Positions 9,329 to 18,307 are shown, numbered from the stretch's first letter. The stretch is 64,000 bases of DNA from Oscillospiraceae bacterium (GCA_015064255.1 SVSP01000002.1:127462-191461), one strand, 5' to 3'. Program-made: numbers and translations. The notes: generated from the sequence alone by a model not told the origin.

Positions 9329-9745
9329 ATGTATATTCCCGTACTCGTAGATCTGACATCGGCGGACGTAACAAAGCCTATTGAAAATATGGCTGACCGT
9401 CTTTCGGCAGCAGGACAGACAATCGTTCTCGGAATGCTTGCGGTATTTTCGGTTCTTGCGATACTTTGGCTCGTTCTTTCTATTATGGGTAAGTTCTTTA
9501 CAACAGAAGTTAAAGCTCCCAAGGAAGAAAAGAAAGAAGAACCTGTAGCTCCGGCAGCACCCGCAGCACCCGCAGCTCCCGTGGCACAAGCACCTGCTCC
9601 CGTTGCAAACGATGAGGAGATCGTTGCCGCTATCACCGCGGCAATCTCGCTTATGCTTGATAAGCCGCAGACAGCTTTCCGCGTAGTTTCCTTCAGACAG
9701 GCATCGCGTGAGGCTTTCCGCAGAAACAATATTAACAGAAACTAA
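9329..9745 (+). CDS. OadG/MmdD-family small membrane subunit of Na+-translocating decarboxylase
   Basis: One TM helix (IVLGMLAVFSVLAILWLVLSI), an Ala/Pro linker, and the DEEIVAAITAAI motif typical of the OadG family. The start could instead be the internal Met. Confidence 0.65.
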   Translation: MYIPVLVDLTSADVTKPIENMADRLSAAGQTIVLGMLAVFSVLAILWLVLSIMGKFFTTEVKAPKEEKKEEPVAPAAPAAPAAPVAQAPAPVANDEEIVAAITAAISLMLDKPQTAFRVVSFRQASREAFRRNNINRN

Positions 9746-9786
9746 CCTTATTAATAAATAATCCAAGAAAGAGAAGGTTTTATACA

Positions 9787-10185
9787 ATGAGAAAATTCAG
9801 CGTTACAGTAAACGGTACAGTATATGAAGTTGAAGTAGAGGAAATCGGCGCAAACGAATCTGCTCCCGTAGCAGCTCCCAAGGCAGCTCCCGCACCCGCA
9901 GCGGCTCCTAAGGCAGCTCCCGCACCTGCAGCGGCTCCTGCAGCAGCTTCCAAGGCGGCAGCTCCCACATCGGGAACACCCGTTAAGGCTCCGATGCCCG
10001 GTACGATAGTTAAGGTAAAGGTATCCGAAGGTCAGGCAGTTAAGAACGGCGACGTTGTCTGCGTTATCGAGGCTATGAAGATGGAAAGCGATATTTGCGC
10101 TCCCTGCGACGGAACGGTTGGAACTATCGTTACCAAGAGCGGCGCATCGGTCAACACAGACGATCTTCTTCTCACTATTGCTTAA
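9787..10185 (+). CDS. Biotin carboxyl carrier protein (1.3S / MmdC-like)
   Basis: 132 aa with an Ala/Pro-rich linker and the biotinyl-lysine motif VIEAMKMES. Confidence 0.85.
   Translation: MRKFSVTVNGTVYEVEVEEIGANESAPVAAPKAAPAPAAAPKAAPAPAAAPAAASKAAAPTSGTPVKAPMPGTIVKVKVSEGQAVKNGDVVCVIEAMKMESDICAPCDGTVGTIVTKSGASVNTDDLLLTIA
9880..9939 (+). repeat. In-frame 30-nt tandem duplication in the BCCP linker
   Basis: aaggcagctcccgcacc[c/t]gcagcggctcct occurs twice (KAAPAPAAAP x2) with one mismatch. Confidence 0.8.
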
Positions 10186-10227
10186 ATCAGAGCACATCCT
10201 TAAACTTAACGAAAGGACTTTGCAAAA

Positions 10228-11427
10228 ATGCTTCAAAGTATCTTAAATTTTGTGGAAACAACGGGTATTGCAAGACTTTTTGAAACCGACGGTTGGTGGA
10301 AAACGCTTGTAATGATCGGTCTTTCCTTCGTGCTCATATATTTTGCAATAGTAAAAAAATACGAGCCGCTTCTTTTGCTTCCGATAGCTATCGGAATGCT
10401 TCTTACAAATCTTCCCGGTGCGGGTCTTTTCCACCTCGAAATGTGGATAGACGAAACCGGAACAATGAAAGTTGCCGAATCTATTAAGATGGTTCTCAAC
10501 AAGGGCGGATTCCTTGACCTCTTATACATAGGAGTTAAGCTCGGAATCTATCCCTGTATAATCTTTATGGGTATCGGTGCTATGACAGACTTTGCACCCC
10601 TTATCTCGAATCCGAAGAGCCTTCTTATCGGCGCGGGCGCACAGCTCGGTGTATTTGTTGCCTTTTCGGGTGCACTTATTTCGGGTGTGTTTTCTCTCGC
10701 AGAGGCTGCTTCTATCGGTATCATAGGCGGTGCGGACGGCCCTACTGCAATTCTTGTAACAAAAACACTTGCTCCTTCGCTTCTCGGAGCAATAGCAATA
10801 GCTGCATATAGCTATATGGCGCTTATCCCGATGATACAGCCGACATTTATGAGACTCCTTACCACAAAGAAGGAGCGAATGATAAGAATGTCAACACTGC
10901 GTCAGGTATCAAAGACAGAGAAGATACTCTTCCCGATAATCGTAACAGCAGTCGTAGGACTTATCATTCCCGATGCACTTGCACTTATCGGATGTCTTAT
11001 GTTCGGTAACCTTCTTAACGTTTGCGGAGTAACAGAACGTCTTTCCAAGACGGCGCAGAACGAGCTTATGAATATCGTTACGATATTCCTCGGTATCAGC
11101 GTAGGTGCTACCGCAAGTGCGGAAAACTTCCTGCGACTCGAAACACTTCTTATAATCGGTCTTGGACTCGTGGCATTCGCTATTTCGACCTGCGGCGGAC
11201 TTATTACCGCAAAGGTTATGAACTGGATCTCGGGCGGAAAGATCAACCCCCTTATCGGTTCGGCAGGCGTTTCCGCAGTTCCTATGGCGGCACGTGTTGC
11301 TCAGCTTGAGGGACAGAAGGCAGACCCCTCTAACTTCTTACTTATGCACGCAATGGGACCTAACGTTGCCGGAGTTATCGGCTCTGCGGTCGCAGCGGGT
11401 GTATTCCTCTCTATGTTCGTTCGATAA
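10228..11427 (+). CDS. Na+-translocating decarboxylase beta subunit (OadB/MmdB/GcdB family)
   Basis: 399 aa polytopic membrane protein with motifs typical of the family (GGADGPT, IGSAGVSAVPMAARV). Confidence 0.85.
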   Translation: MLQSILNFVETTGIARLFETDGWWKTLVMIGLSFVLIYFAIVKKYEPLLLLPIAIGMLLTNLPGAGLFHLEMWIDETGTMKVAESIKMVLNKGGFLDLLYIGVKLGIYPCIIFMGIGAMTDFAPLISNPKSLLIGAGAQLGVFVAFSGALISGVFSLAEAASIGIIGGADGPTAILVTKTLAPSLLGAIAIAAYSYMALIPMIQPTFMRLLTTKKERMIRMSTLRQVSKTEKILFPIIVTAVVGLIIPDALALIGCLMFGNLLNVCGVTERLSKTAQNELMNIVTIFLGISVGATASAENFLRLETLLIIGLGLVAFAISTCGGLITAKVMNWISGGKINPLIGSAGVSAVPMAARVAQLEGQKADPSNFLLMHAMGPNVAGVIGSAVAAGVFLSMFVR

Positions 11428-11467
11428 TTAGTCAGATTCAAATAAGAATCGGAAAGTGAGATAAAAA

Positions 11468-12865
11468 ATGGCAAAAGTAAAAATTTGTGAAACAGTTCTC
11501 CGTGACTCACACCAGTCCCTTGTTGCGACTCGTATGACCACAGAAGAAATGCTCCCTATACTCAAAGCGCTTGATGAAGTTGGATATCACTCTCTCGAAG
11601 CTTGGGGCGGCGCGACATTCGACTCCTGTCTCCGCTTCCTCAACGAAGACCCTTGGCAGCGCCTGCGAGTTATCCGCGATAACGTAAAGAATACAAAGCT
11701 TCAGATGCTTTTCAGAGGTCAGAATATCCTCGGATACCGCCACTACGCTGACGACGTTGTTGAATACTTCGTACAGAAGTCGATAGCAAACGGTATCGAT
11801 ATCATCCGTATTTTCGACGCTCTTAACGACGAAAGAAACCTTCGCACAGCTATAAACGCTACAAAGAAGGAAAAGGGACACGTTCAGGTTGCATTCTCCT
11901 ACACAACAGGTCCTTGCTACACAACAGAGTATTTCGTAGATTATACCAAGCGTCTTGTTGAAATGGGCGTTGACTCTATCTGTATCAAGGATATGGCAGG
12001 TCTTCTTAAGCCTTATGCGGCAGAAGAGCTCGTTAAGGCTCTCAAGACAGAGATCCCCAATCTCCCCGTAGAGCTTCACACACACTACACAGCAGGTCTT
12101 GCATCTATGACAGCTCTCAAGGCTATCGAAGCAGGATGCGACATCATCGACACGGCAATTTCTCCTCTCGCACTCGGAACCTCCCAGCCGCCTACAGAGC
12201 CTATCGTAGCGGCACTTCAGGGAACACCTTACGATACAGGTCTTGATCTTGAAAAGCTTAACGTAGTAGGAAAGCACTTCGAAACTCTCCGTGAAAAGTA
12301 TCTCGAAAACGGTCTTCTTAACCCGAAGGTACTCAAGGTTGACGTTAACGCGCTTCTTTACCAGGTTCCCGGCGGAATGCTCTCCAACCTTATTTCTCAG
12401 CTCAAGAACCTCGGCAAGAGCGATAAGCTCACAGAAGTTCTCGAGGAAGTACCGAGAGTTCGTGCAGATGCAGGATATCCTCCGCTCGTAACACCCTCTT
12501 CTCAGATCGTTGGTACACAGGCTGTGTTTAACGTAATCAACGGACGTTACAAGACTGTAACCAAGGAATTCAAGGGACTTATCAAGGGTGAATACGGTCA
12601 GGCTCCGATGGAGATCGATCCCGAATTCAGAAAGCAGATCATCGGAAACGAAGAGCCCATTACCTGCCGTCCCGCAGATAATATCGCTCCCGAGCTTGAA
12701 ACACTCAAGAAGAAGGCTGCTGATTACATTCAGCAGGAAGAAGACGTTCTTTCTTATGCACTCTTCGAACAGGTTGCAGAAAAGTTCTTCGAAAAGCGCC
12801 GCGAAACACAGCTCGCTCTCGACTCCGAGAATGCTGATCCCGACGCAAAGATTCACAGCGTATAA
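11468..12865 (+). CDS. Oxaloacetate decarboxylase alpha / transcarboxylase 5S-like carboxyltransferase (no biotinyl domain)
   Basis: 465 aa with the pattern TVLRDSHQSL...EAWGGATFD...KDMAGLL...HTHYTAGL, typical of OadA/PycB/5S. It ends before any AMKM biotin domain. Confidence 0.85.
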   Translation: MAKVKICETVLRDSHQSLVATRMTTEEMLPILKALDEVGYHSLEAWGGATFDSCLRFLNEDPWQRLRVIRDNVKNTKLQMLFRGQNILGYRHYADDVVEYFVQKSIANGIDIIRIFDALNDERNLRTAINATKKEKGHVQVAFSYTTGPCYTTEYFVDYTKRLVEMGVDSICIKDMAGLLKPYAAEELVKALKTEIPNLPVELHTHYTAGLASMTALKAIEAGCDIIDTAISPLALGTSQPPTEPIVAALQGTPYDTGLDLEKLNVVGKHFETLREKYLENGLLNPKVLKVDVNALLYQVPGGMLSNLISQLKNLGKSDKLTEVLEEVPRVRADAGYPPLVTPSSQIVGTQAVFNVINGRYKTVTKEFKGLIKGEYGQAPMEIDPEFRKQIIGNEEPITCRPADNIAPELETLKKKAADYIQQEEDVLSYALFEQVAEKFFEKRRETQLALDSENADPDAKIHSV

Positions 12866-12879
12866 CTTATAAAATAAAA

Positions 12880-12916
12880 ATACCAACGGATTTTTATAGT
12901 CCGTTGGTATTTTTTG
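12880..12916 (+). terminator. Intrinsic terminator after the decarboxylase cluster
   Basis: ataccaacgga-tttttatag-tccgttggtat followed by tttttt. Confidence 0.8.
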
Positions 12917-12920
12917 TTGT

Positions 12921-13005
12921 TCAGTAAAGTTTTTGCCTTAAGGGACGCTGTTCCTTAAGAAACCCTGCGGGCGTTTGAAAAAGCTCGACCAAAACTTTTA
13001 AAAAC
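12921..13005. repeat. Degenerate modular hairpin element copy
   Basis: Box-rc tcagtaaagtttttg at 12921-12935; hp1-like cttaagg...ccttaag at 12937-12959; linker-like aaccc; decayed hp2 (gtttgaaaaagc); decayed box accaaaacttttaaaaac. Confidence 0.55.
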
Positions 13006-13284
13006 AAATTGTTATTTTGGGTGCTGTGAGCAAAGGAAAGTAAGTTCCTAATGTATAAAAAAGGTTTTGTGCTGTGCGAACACATCTAAAACGCGATTGA
13101 GTGTCTTTTCGTTCATTTCTGTGTCGACAGAAACGAACCAAAGAACGATATAAGGAAGGGAGGAATCCCTTCCTTATAAATCCAACCCTCTTTTACCGCC
13201 GCGGGGAAACGCGGCGGCAGTATAGTTTACTTTGTACGGAATTTTCGAAGATGTGATAATACATAGAAAAATGTTTTTTATTTT

Positions 13285-13311
13285 CTTTTCAGAAAAGTTC
13301 TTGGCGGGTAC
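13285..13311 (-). repeat. Truncated modular hairpin element, minus orientation
   Basis: The minus strand reads gtacccgccaagaacttttctgaaaag (linker, hp2 left arm fused to box). It begins 2 nt after the stop of the minus-strand gene 13314..14141. Confidence 0.6.
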
Positions 13312-13313
13312 TC

Positions 13314-14141
13314 TTATAAAGCGATAACCTTGCAAGCTCTCTCGTAAGCGAGAGCGAGGAAAGCCTCGTGATCGAGTCCGTTGTAGATGTCGTGCGTAGT
13401 TTTGTTGGGCTTGTTGTGACGAGTAAGCTCAAAGGTGATTATTCCGTTGTAATTTTCACGCTCGATACGGCGCATAATACCTGCCCAATCGGCAATTCCG
13501 TCGAAAGGAAGAAGATGCGCATCGTCGTGCCAAGTTACGTTTTCGGGATCGGTGATACCGAGATTGTCATTGAAATGTGTGCAAATAAGCTTGCCGTGGA
13601 AGCGTCCGGGGATGTCCTTGTGGAAGTTGTAGCACATTTCGTGACCGGTATCCCAGCAAAGACCAACAGACGAAGAATTTCCGAGACCTTCAAAAATTTT
13701 GTCAAGATATTCGAGATTTTCTACGTTTTCGAAAGCGAGCTTGACGTCCGTTTTTTCGGCGGCTTCAACAAGGCGGGCAAAACGCTTGATTCCGAGATCG
13801 TTCGGAGTGTGCCTGTCCATTCCGATGATCGGATGCACTATCATGATCGGAACGCCTGCGCTCTGACAAGCGTTTACACAGCTTATGAGAAGGTCGGTCT
13901 GATGCTCGCCTTCGTCGCCTTCCTCCCAAATATGATGAACCTTTCCGAACGGAGAGTGGACGGACTGATAAATAAGACCGTTTTTGGCGATGATCTCTGC
14001 TTTTTCGAGAATATCGGAGCCGTTTTCGGTGCATCCGGTAAAGCAGCCGTCAAATCCGACCGATTTTGTGAGTTTCACGGTATCTTCAAAAGAATCCTGA
14101 TATCCGAGACCGATGTTGATTGCAAGCTTGCGACTGTTCAT
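13314..14141 (-). CDS. Sugar phosphate isomerase/epimerase (xylose-isomerase-like TIM barrel)
   Basis: 275 aa with an AP_endonuc_2/TIM-barrel-like pattern (VHSPF, IMIVHP, LAFEN, CWDTGHE). Confidence 0.65.
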   Translation of the reverse strand: MNSRKLAINIGLGYQDSFEDTVKLTKSVGFDGCFTGCTENGSDILEKAEIIAKNGLIYQSVHSPFGKVHHIWEEGDEGEHQTDLLISCVNACQSAGVPIMIVHPIIGMDRHTPNDLGIKRFARLVEAAEKTDVKLAFENVENLEYLDKIFEGLGNSSSVGLCWDTGHEMCYNFHKDIPGRFHGKLICTHFNDNLGITDPENVTWHDDAHLLPFDGIADWAGIMRRIERENYNGIITFELTRHNKPNKTTHDIYNGLDHEAFLALAYERACKVIAL

Positions 14142-14219
14142 ATTTTCTGTTTCCTTTCTTAAAAAAGATTTTTTCGTGTAAAAAAATCTTTGAACTGTTT
14201 ATTTAAAGCGTGCGGCTTT

Positions 14220-14714
14220 TTATTCCGCAGAGTCGGGAAGAACCTCAAGCCCTTCGGATGCGCGGTATGCAGTTGCCGAAAGATAGAGCATCCATACGTG
14301 CGCGAAGATGTTTATTATAAAAAACGCCTGAAATCCACTAATAAGAGTACCGGAAATGCCGATATAAATGAGCATTATCATATCGATCGATGCAGTTGCC
14401 GTGACGATATTCATAAGCTTGTAATTCTTGCGGGCAAAAATAAGTGAGAATACAAGAAGAATAAGAACTGCAAAGGAAAGTACCGTCAAAAAATAAATTA
14501 GTGTGCGGCTATTTTCTGCTGTCGATGAAAAATTTGCGTAATATGCGAAAAACTGCGGAAGATAGAAGGAAACGGGCAGAACAAGCTGAGGGAGTATAAG
14601 CTCGGCAACACAGTTGAATGCAGTTATAATCCAAACGGCGTAAAGCTGTATCATACTTGTTCTGAAGCGCTTTTTCAGTAATTTCCGTCTTTGTGTGAGA
14701 AGTTCGTTTGTCAT
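14220..14714 (-). CDS. Hypothetical polytopic membrane protein
   Basis: 164 aa with about 4 TM helices, 20 nt downstream of the CPBP gene on the same strand. Confidence 0.4.
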   Translation of the reverse strand: MTNELLTQRRKLLKKRFRTSMIQLYAVWIITAFNCVAELILPQLVLPVSFYLPQFFAYYANFSSTAENSRTLIYFLTVLSFAVLILLVFSLIFARKNYKLMNIVTATASIDMIMLIYIGISGTLISGFQAFFIINIFAHVWMLYLSATAYRASEGLEVLPDSAE

Positions 14715-14734
14715 AAAAGACTCCCTTTCGTGCG

Positions 14735-15616
14735 TTATTCTTCGTTAAAGCCGACGGGCATTCTGCTTGACGTGTCGGCGGTTTCGTGAAAGAGGATAAT
14801 TATAAATGCTATCGAAATCGGTACGGATAAGCTGTAACAGAGAGAAAGAAGCGTCTGATATAACATCTGATATGTTTGCGGCATAGACTCAATATCGATA
14901 TAAGAAAGAAGGGATACCAGATTGAATCCGAAATGGGTTATTATACTTGCTTTTACAGAGCGTGTGCGTACGAATACCGTTCCGAGAAAAGCACCGAGAA
15001 CGAAAGCGTAGGTCGACCATACGATATGCCCATGAACGACACCGAAAATGACGGAAGAAAGTATAATTGCAATAACGTTTCCGGTGGCTGTGGAAATGCG
15101 CGAAAGCATCATCGCACGGAAAATGACTTCTTCAAGTATGGGCGCCATAATGACGGCAGCAAAAATGTACCACACAGTATGACCTTGCATCGCACCTGAA
15201 GAAGCGTCGCTGTAGGATTCAAGCAGACTTTCGGGAAGATATGAAATTATGAGCGTGGTCATAAAGTTAAGGAATATTCCCGTGAAAAAGCAGATAAGAG
15301 CCGTCGAAGCGCGTGTTTTGTTAAGATAAAAGGCTTGTGAAAGCTTTTTCTTGCGAAAAGAGAAAAATACGGCGAGAAATGCGAGAATGATTATTCCGGA
15401 AAGGAAAGCGATCATATTTGCGCTTTCGTAGTACATTTCTGCGGCTGCTTCAATGTTTCCTGCATTTGCCGAAAGAAAATAAATATACGCGCATCTGTAA
15501 ATGAGAGTTCTTACAAGATAATAGAAAAGAAAATAGCAGAGAGCATACAGAAGTGCGGGCAAAAGCGGAGCCTTCGGATAATAATATTTGTCTACGTCAA
15601 AACGGTTTGGTGTCAT
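14735..15616 (-). CDS. CPBP family intramembrane glutamic endopeptidase (CAAX protease-like)
   Basis: Motifs PILEEVIFRAMM, FGVVHG and THFGFN in a polytopic membrane protein. Confidence 0.8.
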   Translation of the reverse strand: MTPNRFDVDKYYYPKAPLLPALLYALCYFLFYYLVRTLIYRCAYIYFLSANAGNIEAAAEMYYESANMIAFLSGIIILAFLAVFFSFRKKKLSQAFYLNKTRASTALICFFTGIFLNFMTTLIISYLPESLLESYSDASSGAMQGHTVWYIFAAVIMAPILEEVIFRAMMLSRISTATGNVIAIILSSVIFGVVHGHIVWSTYAFVLGAFLGTVFVRTRSVKASIITHFGFNLVSLLSYIDIESMPQTYQMLYQTLLSLCYSLSVPISIAFIIILFHETADTSSRMPVGFNEE

Positions 15617-15788
15617 ATAGTTCTCCGGGTGATTTTATATAAATAACTGAGTATATATTACCTCTTGTGTATGAACGGCATATTAACAATTTTGAGTGTT
15701 TTTCGCAATTTTTATTATATTTTTTCAATAAATAAACAGCTTTGGCGTAAAACGAATGAAAAAAAGAAAATATTTGTTAAAATTATAT

Positions 15789-15817
15789 TTGACAAAAGCT
15801 GTATAGTGAGTTATAAT
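15789..15817 (+). promoter_or_regulatory. Consensus promoter of rnpB
   Basis: TTGACA at 15789-15794, 17-nt spacer, TATAAT at 15812-15817, about 8 nt upstream of the RNA start. Confidence 0.7.
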
Positions 15818-15824
15818 GTAAGAT

Positions 15825-16215
15825 GGAACCGAGCTGTGCTGTCGCGCGGTATGTCGCCGAAAGGTATTACCGTGAGGAAAGTCCGGGCACCGTAGTGCAG
15901 GATAACGGATAACGTCCGCCGAGGGTGACCTCAGGGAAAGTGCAACAGAAATAAACCGCCCGCCCGTTTTCGGGAAGGTAAGGATGGAAAGGCGAGGTAA
16001 GAGCTCACCGGCACATTGGTAACTTTGTGCGTCACTGTAAACCCTATCCGGTGCAACACCTATGCAAACCGGCAGAAATGCCGATGCCTGCACGGCATTT
16101 GTTTTGTCAGGTGGCACAGAGCCGTACGGCAACGTACGGACAAGATAGATGACAGCTCAAGGTCGGCAAAGCTTCCGCCGACCCCGACAGAACCCGGCTT
16201 ACAGGCTCGGTTTCG
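15825..16215 (+). ncRNA. rnpB: RNase P RNA, bacterial type A
   Basis: P4 signature GAGGAAAGTCCGGGC near the 5' end and ACAGAACCCGGCTTAC near the 3' end. P1 pairing is aaccgagc (15827-15834) with gctcggtt (16205-16212). Confidence 0.9.
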
Positions 16216-16249
16216 GACATTTTATTAAATTGTTTGTGGAGGCATAGAT

Positions 16250-18307
16250 ATGCTTGATTTTTCACAAAATGGTATCAATTTAATATTTGAAACCAAAGAA
16301 GATAAAACGGTCGTTTTGTGGGAATTTTCCAAAAACGCTTGCGAAAATGAAGTTAAAAAGGAAGGTCCGCATTTTTCGCCCGTACAGCTTCAGCTTACGG
16401 GAGTGAACAACTGCGACCATAGCTACGGAAAGCATAACGGTACGTCGGGAAGTCGCGATCTCAAGTACGTTTCACATAACTACTTCGAAAACGAAAACGG
16501 AAACAAGCTCGAAATGCTTCTTTCGGACGGAATTGTAAACGTTACGCTTCATTATCAGTTCTATACGGGCGTTTGTGCTGTAAGAGCTTGGACTACGGTC
16601 GAGAATATTTCGGACGAGGTTGTTGGACTTGAATACGTTTCTTCCTTTGTTTATAACGGATTTGATAACGGAGTTAAGCCGCTTGACGAAAAGATCAGCG
16701 TTATGATGGCTCATAATGCGTGGTGCAAAGAGGTCAACTGGAAGACCTACACACTCTCCGAGCTTGGCTATGAGAGATGCGGCGGTATATCCTGGAAAAA
16801 GATATCGGTATCGAATGCGGGCACGTGGTCGGCAAAGGACGTTATCCCGATGGGAGCCGTTTCTAACAGCGAAACGAAAAACACATTCCTTTGGCAGATA
16901 GAAAGCAACGGCTCGTGGCAGTGGGAAATAAGTGACGCAGTAAATATGATGTATTTCTGCCTTAACGGACCGACAGAGCAGGAGCATCAGTGGTATAAAA
17001 AGCTCGAAAAGGGTGAAAGCTTCGAAAGCGTAAAGGTGTGCGTAGCTCTCGGCGAGGATTTTGACGCGGCACTTGAAGAGCTTACAAAATACCGCAGAAA
17101 AATAATAAATAAGAGCGAAACCGATAAAAAGCTTCCCATAATATTCAACGACTATATGAACTGCCTTATGGGAGATCCTACCGAGGAAAATGAGATCCCG
17201 ATAATAGATCTTGCAGCCGAAATGGGTGCGGAATACTACTGCATAGATGCCGGATGGTATGCAGACGGAGCGTGGTGGGATTCGGTAGGCGAGTGGGAAG
17301 AAAGTAAAAAGCGTTTCCCGAACGGACTTAAAAAGATCTTCGATTATATCCGCGAGAAGGGAATGATCCCCGGAATATGGCTCGAAATTGAGGTTATGGG
17401 TATAAACTGTCCGCTTGCAAAGGTCTTTGAAGACGATTACTTCTTTATGCGCCACGGAAAGAGAGTCATCGACAGCGGAAGATATCAGCTCGATTTCAGA
17501 AATCCCAAGGTAAGAGATTACGCAACCAAAGTGCTCGACCGAATCGTACGCGATTACGGCGCACAGTATATAAAGAACGACTACAATATAGAGGCGGGAC
17601 TCGGAACCGAGCTTTATGCGGACAGTTTCGGAGACGGACTTCTCGGACATAACCGCGCATACAGAGCGTGGATAGAAGAAATGAAGACACGCCATCCCTC
17701 TCTCGTATGGGAAAACTGCTCAAGCGGCGGTATGAGAATGGATTACTGCCAGCTTTCGATCGCAGATATACAGTCTACGAGCGACCAGCAGGATTATAAG
17801 ATCACATCCCACGTTGCATCGGCAGCGGCGACGGCTGTGCTTCCCGAGCAGGCGGCTGTCTGGGCTTATCCCGTGCTTTCCAATGATAACAATACCTTTG
17901 TTGTCAATATGGTAAACGCGCTTCCTCTCAGAATACATCTTTCGGGGCAGATTCAAGGATGGTCAGATGAGCAGAAGGCTCTTGTAAAAGAAGCTGTTGA
18001 GTGCTATAAGGCAACGCGCGACGGTATAGACGAAGCGATACCCTTCTATCCACTCGGCATACCGCAGTATTCGGATAAAAACTTCTGCTGCGCATACCGT
18101 ATAGGCGATATTATAAGAATAGCCGTCTGGAGAATAGATTCGGACAAGGCAGAGCTTGATATACCGATCGCAAACGCGGATAAGATGAGCCTTAAAGTGC
18201 TCTATCCGTCAAATACAAAGGCAACTGCCGAAATAACAGACGGCGCTGTAAAAGTTGTCCTCCCCGAAAATAACAGCGCAGTTTATCTTGAACTCAGATA
18301 TATCTGA
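16250..18307 (+). CDS. Alpha-galactosidase, glycoside hydrolase family 36
   Basis: 685 aa with KNDYN and WENCSSGGMRMD catalytic-region motifs typical of GH36. GGAGG RBS. Confidence 0.85.
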   Translation: MLDFSQNGINLIFETKEDKTVVLWEFSKNACENEVKKEGPHFSPVQLQLTGVNNCDHSYGKHNGTSGSRDLKYVSHNYFENENGNKLEMLLSDGIVNVTLHYQFYTGVCAVRAWTTVENISDEVVGLEYVSSFVYNGFDNGVKPLDEKISVMMAHNAWCKEVNWKTYTLSELGYERCGGISWKKISVSNAGTWSAKDVIPMGAVSNSETKNTFLWQIESNGSWQWEISDAVNMMYFCLNGPTEQEHQWYKKLEKGESFESVKVCVALGEDFDAALEELTKYRRKIINKSETDKKLPIIFNDYMNCLMGDPTEENEIPIIDLAAEMGAEYYCIDAGWYADGAWWDSVGEWEESKKRFPNGLKKIFDYIREKGMIPGIWLEIEVMGINCPLAKVFEDDYFFMRHGKRVIDSGRYQLDFRNPKVRDYATKVLDRIVRDYGAQYIKNDYNIEAGLGTELYADSFGDGLLGHNRAYRAWIEEMKTRHPSLVWENCSSGGMRMDYCQLSIADIQSTSDQQDYKITSHVASAAATAVLPEQAAVWAYPVLSNDNNTFVVNMVNALPLRIHLSGQIQGWSDEQKALVKEAVECYKATRDGIDEAIPFYPLGIPQYSDKNFCCAYRIGDIIRIAVWRIDSDKAELDIPIANADKMSLKVLYPSNTKATAEITDGAVKVVLPENNSAVYLELRYI

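Noticed and set aside
9322-9968. Ala/Gly-rich antisense ORFs (9322-9729, 9780-9968, 9751-10236).
   Set aside because: They mirror the GC-rich Ala/Pro linker codons of the OadG-like and biotin-carrier genes on the opposite strand, so they are low-complexity artefacts.
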